This document shows positions 54,627-64,000 of a DNA stretch of 64,000 nucleotides, piece after piece. Under the pieces are notes generated by a model. The model did no database searches. It worked only from the letters and a program-made list of their open reading frames with translations, and was not told where the DNA came from. Source of the stretch: Octopus vulgaris (Eukaryota). The stretch covers positions 21,328,001-21,392,000 of the forward strand of contig OX597820.1 of assembly GCA_951406725.2 (NCBI GenBank). The letters run 5' to 3'. A program made the position numbers and the translations under genes. The first letter of the stretch is position 1; every line of letters begins with the position of its first letter.

Positions 54627-57600
54627 ATGTAAGTATATATATTGTGAATAATTCAATGGACTAGGGCTTCAAGTTTTTGCCAAACGATACATACATACTT
54701 GCATATATATATATAACTCAGAGTTATAATAAATTGATCATTATAATAAGTTCATAATTCTAATATGTAAAAGTTATTAGATTAGTAGATAGTTTTGAAA
54801 TGTATGATAACTAACTAAGATATAATGGGAAACCAATAATTGAATAATTAATTATAGTTGTAGTGGTCACTCTATATGTCAACTGTAACAAAATAGTCAC
54901 ATGATTTAAGCCCATTTCTTCCTTGAAAAAATTTAGGAGTAAGCTTTGCATTATTTACAGACTACAAATGAAGACTATGACTGTTAATACATTCACCTTT
55001 GAAAAAAAAAATTAATGTACTTTTATCGAATATATTATTAACTAAGTGTAAATTTTATTTATTTTCCTATATTTACTTGTATGAGCTTCCTAAAATTTTT
55101 ATTGGTTGTCATTTTACTTTTCCTTCTGTCTACCAAAACAAAGTGTTTATTAAATTCATAAGGCTGCTCATCTGTTATTTTGTCAATTATGCTAAATATT
55201 CCCTATTGTAACATGTAAATTCTAAGCTAATTTGTTTCAAATTATTTAAAAGAATATGCATAGAAAAATACTGGAAAATTTAATTCTCTACCTCATCATT
55301 AAAATTTTAAATTCTTTAAAACATTTTTATTTTTTAACAATATTTATATATATATAGAGATATAGATATATAGAATAATTTCTATAATGCAATCAAAGGA
55401 GAACCTTAAGATCATATCAGCATAATTAATGTTGGTGATTTTATTGTTAAATACACTATCAATACATCATCTAACGTTTTTGATAAACACTTACAAATTC
55501 AAAGTCAATTTTGGTGTGTCAAATGCTATAAAGAATATAAATAATCTGATTAAGTTCAAAATAATTATTTTCCTAAACTAATAGTGGAAAATTCTGAAAG
55601 CATTTCAGAATATTTAGTACCACAATTCTATTCATAGAAAAGAATTGTATTATATATACAGTGTTGTGTATTTAAGTTTATCACATGATTTTACTTTATC
55701 AAGAATCACCCAACACAATCTCTTTTAGAATATATATAGAACATTTTTAAAAAAAATCTTATCTTTGCCTATTCTTTAAGAGTATTTCAGTAAATACTTT
55801 CTATTCAAAAGCTAATTTCTACTTGAACTTTTCCACTAAGTTTGCAAAGTTTGTATATGTGTGGATCCTATTCCCTTCCCTTTTCACCTGTATATTGAAC
55901 TTGGACATCTACAGCAAAGACTTTTAACTACTCTGGTGGAAATATATGTCTTTAAGATCATATGTTTCCACTATCAATCACCTTACTTTCTCAGTTATCA
56001 GCAATTATTCAAGCATGCATACTCACCATGAAAAGAAATCATGAAAATATTCAATTGCAGGGACTTGACACCTTAGAACCATTTAAAAACACTAAAATAC
56101 ATTTGTGATATATCGTAAACAAGCATTTAACACTATTGGTTCAAATATCCAAACTCAATTTTGGCTTAATAAATCCTGAAAAATCTATCAAGGATATTCT
56201 ACATTGCAAAGACTACCACAAAAATTCGTTTTCTTCCTTTAGACCAATATTTGATCCCTGACCAACTGCTAGTATTTAATACTGCTCAAACATGACAATG
56301 CTTCCTTCTCTGCCTCCCACACACTCACACACATGAGACAACGCATCCCATACATTTGCCACACATTTAGAATTCATTCAAGAAAATTTCACCACCTTTA
56401 AGTATGTGTTATTCATCAACACCTAACGCATAAAATTAAATTTCTGTTCCCCATTTCTTTTTACAAGTGCAAGGGGTCTTTCTATTTTTTCATTATATCA
56501 CCTCCACCTTAACCCATGTGATGAACTTTCTTCATTCCCTTCTGGCATACCCAATGTGTTTTTTCTACACCCTGCACTAAGGAGCCAATTTTCTTTTTTT
56601 TTTATTCAAAGATGCATATTTTCAACAGCTAACTTGCTGTCCAGAACCTGCATTAAAGAGCCAAATTCTTTCCCAGAGATGTAGCTTTTCTACAACTAAG
56701 ATATAATATTTAAAATCCAATATTAACAATACCTATTTTAACCATACAACAATTAATGACGAAATTGAAACAGAAAGGCCCCAGTCATGGATGAAACCCT
56801 AGTAAATTCTGAGTTGTTTATCTTTGGGAATCTTATTGTTTTTCTAGGATTCTTGATTAACCCCCAGTTATAAATAATAAAAATTTTGGGGGAAAAGGGA
56901 AATACAACAAAATAGAAATACCATATACTGGATAAGCTATCTATCTTAGAATCTACAATATATATATTTTATATGAGAATCTGCAGAATAAGATTCATTT
57001 CTTAGAATACCCAGTGAGGTTTGAAATTGCCTTCACTGTCATATATTTTTGTCATTGTTTCTGATAATAACTAGAAAAATTCGCAATTTTTTTTAGATTA
57101 CAAATTGTCACTTCTAAGAAATTTAGGAAATAAAATTAAGTAATTCTTTTAATGGATAAAATGAAGGCTCTAAATTAAAAGAAATATATATATACTATAC
57201 TGCATATTAGATATATAATGTATACATTTTAGAACAGTTTCTTTATCAATTTTATATATACAAGGAAATATTAACTACTTCTATATTAGCACCTATCTTC
57301 TCTTTATATCCTCCTCTTATGCTTGTACATCAATACATTATATAAATCCATTAATCACTTTATATATGAAACAGAAACATACCAGTAATGTTTAAAACAG
57401 TCATATATTTTCATCTAAATGAAATAAATAAAGTTAATAAAATACAAGTCCATTGTATAAAAATTACATTTCCTATTTATAAAGAAAAGTCAAACTTTTA
57501 AATCGTGTATCATATTATGTTAACTCTGATGTTCATATGTCCTCCATTGATTTTATGTATGTTTTGGTCTGTCATCAGCATGCAACACACTGAATAACTG

Positions 57601-59909
57601 ATGAACATTTTTGAGTGAATGAAACAAGCTAATAACATTAGTTGCATGTGGATGACAATGAAAATGTTTTTATGAAGTATTTTGGCTTTCAGGTAGTGAA
57701 TTTCTCATTAAAATTTTGAATAGTTCCTCATTAGTTCCTATATTAACCAAATATTTATTTTTCATTATATACCCTCATCAATGGTTAAATATTTATATAA
57801 AATGTTGAAAGAAATTAATATAAAACAGAATTGCTTTAGTAAAACTCTTCTGCAAAGTCTGTCTATCCAGGCTCAATTTATTAAGCATCACTATTGTGTT
57901 ATCTTAATTTAGTTGGGGTTTTTTTAATATATAGTTAGTTGTTTTTAAATATATATCTGTATCAGAGTTGTATTTTCATAGATTTCTGTGATCGATTACA
58001 TTGTTGTCCAGTTTTAGTTCCTGAGACATTATAGATAAAAAATAAATTTATTCTTTGGTAGAATGTTGATCTATAAGAGCATAGGTATTGGCCTGGTTAA
58101 CCAAATTAGACTCCTTAGTAGTATATTGAGACCCCCTTCGGTCATGACTGACCATGGGATTGCACCTAGAAAGTTACCCTCCCAGGCACAAGTCTGGGCA
58201 AGGTTATTTATGGAAGACCAGCAGTCACCCATGCATACCGGCCTCCCCTCTCCACACCACAAGAGAAAGGCAACAGCAGATACAGTTTGGCACCTGTGAC
58301 ATCGCAACTCATTTCTACAGCTGAGTGAACTGGAACAATGTGAAATAAAGTGTCTTGCTCAAGGACACAACACACAGCCCAGTCTGGGATTCGAACTTAC
58401 AACTTCACGATCATAAGCTCGATGCTCTAACCACTGAGCCATGTGCCTTCACAGTAGTATATACAGAGATATTATAGTATCATCAAATATCATAAACTTC
58501 ACCTAATGTGGAAGGCTGTTTTCATCAATATATGTATATTAGTCAAAACAAACATACACAACTATACCTGCCACTTATAACATAGAATTACAATTTTAGT
58601 AATTTGACACTTTTTTTTTGTAGTAATAGCATGATTGTCACTCTGATCAGTGCTAAGTAGGGAACAAACTAACCTTGACAAATGATTGTTAATTTTATAG
58701 TGTAGCTGCTGATTATGTAGTACACTATAAGGCAGATGGACTCAGCTATTGAGAGTTATATTTTAGCTACATGTACACAGAGCACTATTATTGACATAAC
58801 GTGAACTGCCAACTTTTTCAGCTTTTGATTTAAACATTTATGCTCTCAGTTTGCATTGCAGTTATCTATGTGAACCTTCTTTCATTCTCTAACTTTATTT
58901 ATACAGCTACACTTATATTCACCCAACAATTCAAAAGAAATAGTATTTAGATCATCAGCATAGCTTGTATTAACAAATATAAAAATATAATTATTTGTAT
59001 ATAAGCATGTGGTTTATGAAGTTCAACCCCTTCGTTACTGTATTTATTTTGAGATGCTCTGTGTTTCTTTCAATTACTTTAAATATAACAAAGAATTTAG
59101 TAAAATAACTTAGTTACCATTCAGCTAGTATTAGGAACATGAATTGTGACTAAGGTTTGGTGGAAGATTTTAATTCAAAGCTTATGAAAACAAGACATTT
59201 GTACTCAGAGCCAGAGCCCGTTTCAGCCGGGTTGGTAATGAAAGGGTTAACACTAGGGATAGGGAGTAATGCATTAATTTATTTTCCAAGGTATTAATAA
59301 CAAAGCTGAAGTAGGGTGACTCCAAATGGGAATAAAAATGTCATGGACATTTCTTTTGGGGTCTAACTGCTACCCTAGGGCTCTTGATCCTAATTTACAA
59401 TTATAAATCATTTATAATAATGTAAATTTTTTTAAGAAAATAATTTGAGATTTTTAGCTCAGAGACCTTCACTACCTGAGGCCAAATTTAATTGTCTAAT
59501 TATGAGACATGACATGATATTTTATTTTTTCATTATTAAACAATGAACATGCCAAGTACATAATGAAAGCATCCATACTAAATATATACGAAATAAAATA
59601 GTTAGTATGCATTATGATATTTGAATAGGATATTATATCCTACTGCTATTATTTCACGCTGTTTATGGAACTGTCATGAAAGTTAAATATGCTTAATGGT
59701 TCAAATGTATTGAATGATTATTTTATTTCTTTTTATTTCTTCACATCCATTTCGAATTTTTCTAGAATTCAAAATAAAACTTGATCCCACTGAAAAATAT
59801 CACTATCATATAATAATTAATTCACATAAATATATATAAGTATACTTGTATCTAAAAACATATTTCGATGTGTTATATTGCCTTTCCAAATACTGAATGT
59901 GTCACCTAC

Positions 59910-59955
59910 CTTCAGCCAAGCATGATCAATTGCTTCATGAACAGTTAACCTTTTC
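59910..59955 (-). CDS. unc-22: Twitchin 46-nt exon: kinase subdomain XI end (KRLTVHEAIDHAWLK)
   Basis: tttcttttcag acceptor, AAG|gtaggt donor, phase 2 to 0. Invariant subdomain XI Arg and H.WL motif. Confidence 0.95.
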
Positions 59956-59975
59956 CTGAAAAGAAACAAATGAAA

Positions 59976-60335
59976 CCAATGAACATGTCTTAACAATTAA
60001 CGCTTAAGACCTAACAATGAACATGTCTTAACAGTTAACACTTAACACTTAACAATGAACATGTTAATTAACACTTAACAATGAACATGTTAATTAACAC
60101 TTAACAATGAACGTGTCTTAAAAATTAATACTTAACACCTAACAATAAACATGTCTTAACAATTAACACCTAACACTTAATAATGAACATGTTAATTAAC
60201 ACTTAACAATGAACATGTCTTAAAAATTAATGCTTAACACCTAACAATAAACATGTCTTAACAATTAACACCTAACACCTAACACTTAATAATGAACATG
60301 TTAATTAACACTTAACTATGAACATGTTTTAACAC
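59976..60335. repeat. AT-rich minisatellite built from AACAATGAACATGT(C)TTAA and TTAACAC modules
   Basis: About 11 irregular units of ~27-43 bp containing the palindromes AACATGTT and GTTAATTAAC. Confidence 0.9.
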
Positions 60336-60606
60336 TGTTAAATATATATTTTCTTATAGCTTTGTGGGGTTTTTAAAGGGGTCTTTTATTTTTAACTTGT
60401 TTCAGTCATTATACTGTGGCCATGCTGGGGCAGTACCTCGAACGATTTTTAGTTGAATGAATCAAACCCAGCATTTTTTCTTTTTAAAGCATGCCACTTA
60501 GCCTATCAGTCTCTTTTGCTGAACTGCTAAGTTATGGGGACATAAGCAGACCAACATTGGTTGTCAAGCAGTCATGGGGACAAACATAGACACAAACACA
60601 TGCACG

Positions 60607-60658
<52 letters not shown>

Positions 60659-60853
60659 AATATATATAGATATACACCCACTACACTCTTGGAGTAGTTA
60701 GTGTTAGGAAGGGCATCAAGCTGTAGAAACATTGCCAAATAAGACTGAAACCTGGTGCAGCTCCCCAGCTTATTAGTTTTCAGTCAAACCGTCCAACCCA
60801 TGCCAGCATGGAAAACGGACATTAAATGATGATGATGATATATATCATCATCA

Positions 60854-60890
<37 letters not shown>

Positions 60891-61499
60891 TTCGGCCAGC
60901 CTGGGGCTATAGCAGAAGACAGTTGCCCAAGTATTCTTTCAATCATCTTATATAGGTTTGAGACATAGCTTTTAAAATCTTGCCAAAGAAAGAAACTAGG
61001 TATGTAAGAACAATTGCCAAGTTACATAGCATCAAATAGATTGAATGTGCAAATGCCCAATGCACAAATCAAGAAACACTTTGTATAAGTTCCTAAAGCA
61101 GCTTAATCAGCATATAATGGTTGAGATACAAGAATATGTCAAAGATTTTTCAAAATCCTTAGTCAATCAGGTTTATATTGGATTCCAAAAGGCTGTTGAA
61201 AATAAGATAAATATGGAAGGTAAGAGTCACAGAACACTGAGGAATATTTTGGTTTGATTAGCTGTTGACAGAGCAAGAAAAAACAAAGAACTATGCAAGT
61301 TACCTTTTTAAAGATTTCCATAATGTTCTGTAGATTATTTTGTAACCTTTTGTGATTTATATCAGTTTTTGTTTTTATCTGTAGACTCATTCTTCCTTGA
61401 GACTCAATTATCATTTAGATAGTATTTTTTATGATGATACAATTACAGCAACAGTCTTTTCAATATGACACCCTCTGGATTAAATCTTTTATCTGGCAT

Positions 61500-62157
61500 G
61501 TTCATCATCATCATTGTTCGACCGTGGTCGAGACAATGGAATTTACCATGCTACGCCAGACTTCACGGTCCATCATGGCATTACGGAGGTCCTGTTGTTG
61601 GATGCCTGTATCCCTGAAGGTTACATCAGGGTAGGAGAGTGTGCGCCCTCTGGTATTGCGAGTAGATGGCTTCCAGAGGAGAAGAGTAGAAATTACCTCT
61701 TTTTCAGCTCTACAACAATATCCAGCAAACTGGACTCTCCTACCTTTCACAAGAGATGACACAGGTGGTAGTTTCCCATATATTTGCATTTTGGTTGGAT
61801 GGCGCTTCCACGAGAGATTTTGAGCTCTCATAAGGAGGCGAGTGTAGGTTCCATCCAACCACCTCTCAAGCTTCTTTGATAACGTCCAGGTTTCTGAGCC
61901 ATATAGTAGAATTGGTTCAACTGTGGCTTTGAAGATTTCAAGTTTGAAGTCTCTACTTAGATTTGATGACCAGATCTTATGCATGTCATTACAGGCTGAC
62001 CAGGCCATACCCTTTCTAGTTAGAAAGTCTTTTCCAGATAATGATATGTATGACCCAAGATATTTGTAATCAGAAACCATATTTAAGGGCGCATTGTTGA
62101 GAGTATGGATGATGCAATCACTGTTGGACAGGCACTTGTTTATGTAGTTTATGTTAG
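61500..62157 (-). mobile_element. 3' fragment of a second RTE-like LINE family (RT C-terminal region)
   Basis: ORF 61511-62080 has YKYLGS, ILLYGSETWTL, R..FAGYC.R and DREVWR. The stop runs straight into a (TGA)n tail. Confidence 0.85.
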
Positions 62158-62242
62158 GTAGTTAACTATTGCCTAGTCTATGCATATAAACAAGGATAGG
62201 AATGAGTAAAATAACAGAATTTTAAAAGAATGAGAATACTTA

Positions 62243-62425
<183 letters not shown>

Positions 62426-62492
62426 TTATTAGACTAAAATGTATATCACAAATCAAAGTGATACTTTTATAATTTTAATTTCTGTTTATATA

Positions 62493-63005
62493 CTGTAAAT
62501 CCTCGAGTATAATCCGCATTTTTTCCCCAAAATTTAAAGGTCAAAATCCCTAGTGCATACTATATACGAGGTTAAAAATGAAAAATTATTCTCTAAGCAA
62601 TGTCCGAGTCCCTATTTGCTGTCTGGCAATGTTTATTCAGATGCATTTTGTGATGTCGGGTGTGAAAATGCCTTAAGCTAAGCCAGAAAGCAATGAAATC
62701 ATAAAAGAATCATCCATAACTTGCAGTAAGCAACATTTATTAAACGTTATTACTGTTATTTCTTTATTTTCTGCAAACAAAATGCACAAAAAAGCTACAT
62801 GTTTGCATTATGTTATATGTACAATAATAATAAAGGACATTACTGTATACAGTTTTACAAACCAAGGACGTTATATAGAGCTCCTTGACTCAAGTTAGAG
62901 AAGGGGTGCGCATTATACACAAGGTTTAGGTTTTTCAGAGGTACAGTCCCCTAAAAATCCTCTGCGTATTATACTCAAGGGCGGACTATACTTGAGGGTT
63001 TACAG
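62493..63005. mobile_element. Tc1/mariner-superfamily (Tc2/pogo-like) MITE
   Basis: TIRs CTGTAAATCCTCGAGTATAATCCGC and GCGGACTATACTTGAGGGTTTACAG, each flanked by TA. Confidence 0.85.
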
Positions 63006-63204
63006 TAACTTCAAAAATATATATAAACATTTTAAAAATGCATTGTATAGTTAAGGAACTATACAATCATTATTTGACTTGAAATGTTAGATTTTAGCTT
63101 TGAAACCGAAAATGATTTTCCTTTTTTAACGTGTATCAAAAGTGTTATTATAGATTTCATAAATTAAAAACTTCCATTATAGTATTCTTACAAAATTTAC
63201 TTAC

Positions 63205-63404
63205 AAAACATAGGCAAGTACTCCAACTGCCCACATGTCTGTGTAGAAGCCGACAGCTTCTCTGTCAACAATTTCTGGAGCGGCAAACTCTGCAGTGGCT
63301 GTTGTAACTTTAACGATCTCATCGGGATTCAATTTTGTTGCCAGACCAAAATCTATGATTTTAACTTGTGTGCTTTTCTTTGTTTCACACATGATGTTTT
63401 CTGG
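63205..63404 (-). CDS. unc-22: Twitchin exon: kinase subdomains VIb-IX (PENIMCETKKSTQVKIIDFGLATKLNPDEIVKVTTATAEFAAPEIVDREAVGFYTDMWAVGVLAYV); the gene continues beyond the window
   Basis: ttacag acceptor, TT|gtaagt donor, 200 nt, phase 0 to 2. DFG, APE and DMW motifs with the twitchin-type activation segment VKVTTATAEF. Confidence 0.97.
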
Positions 63405-64000
63405 CTGTAATGTAGAATAAAAACAGTATTTTAATATAAAAAGTATTAGAAAACCACAATCAAAAAGCATTCAAAGAAAAAAGTCCTAAATACGAAGGGG
63501 GATTTCTTTGTGATGAGTACATTCATTCAAGCATGTCTGCTCGTAGGAATATCGGTGTTTCAGTTCACATGTTGCTTGCCATTTGTCTAGTAGACATCAT
63601 GATCCACCTTTTAAAATAAACCCATAACAAATCATGTGTCATCTCAATGTCCACATTTGTTCTCCCCTACATTGGATAAAATTCATCATCATCATCATCG
63701 TTCAACATCCACTTTCCATGCTAGCATGGGTTGGACGAATGACTAAGGGCTGGGGAACCAGTTGGCTGCACCAGGTTCCAATCTGATCTGGCAGAGTTTC
63801 TACAGCTGGATGCCCTTCCTAATGCCAACCACTCCGAGAGTGTAGTGGGTGCTTTTACGAGCCACCAGCATGAAGGCCAGTCAGAAGGTTCTGGCAACGG
63901 TCACGCCCAAATGGTGTTTTTTTACGTGCCACCTGCACACTGGCACAAGTGCCAGAAAGGCAACACTGGTAGCAATCATGCTCGAATGGTGCTTTTTACG

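Noticed and set aside
59976-60335. CRISPR-like appearance of repeated palindromic units
   Set aside because: No unique spacers, no cas genes and a eukaryotic intron context; it is a minisatellite.

Overview
AT-rich, microsatellite- and SINE-dense eukaryotic DNA. The repeat families and gene sequence point to a coleoid cephalopod, probably Octopus (inference). The minus strand carries the 3' part of one giant muscle gene, twitchin (unc-22/projectin family). I rebuilt 17 phase-consistent coding exons from 63404 down to 9657, plus a terminal exon that begins with the stop codon at 8252. They encode the C-lobe of the MLCK-type kinase, the autoinhibitory tail, five Ig domains, a PKA-site linker and a Ser/Thr-rich insert. 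Introns and flank hold a young 5'-truncated RTE LINE with an uninterrupted ORF, a Penelope-like remnant split by a solo LTR, a Chapaev3-type transposase relic, MITEs and many SINEs. The most interesting signals are: (1) a candidate in-frame 195-nt exon with an HSTGI repeat between the kinase and its autoinhibitory tail; (2) candidate truncating or alternative-start exons in the C-terminal Ig region; (3) several variant minimal hammerhead ribozyme motifs in small Penelope-type elements, which are sense to the host gene only when inside a foldback. All coordinates were read by eye; repeat boundaries are approximate.
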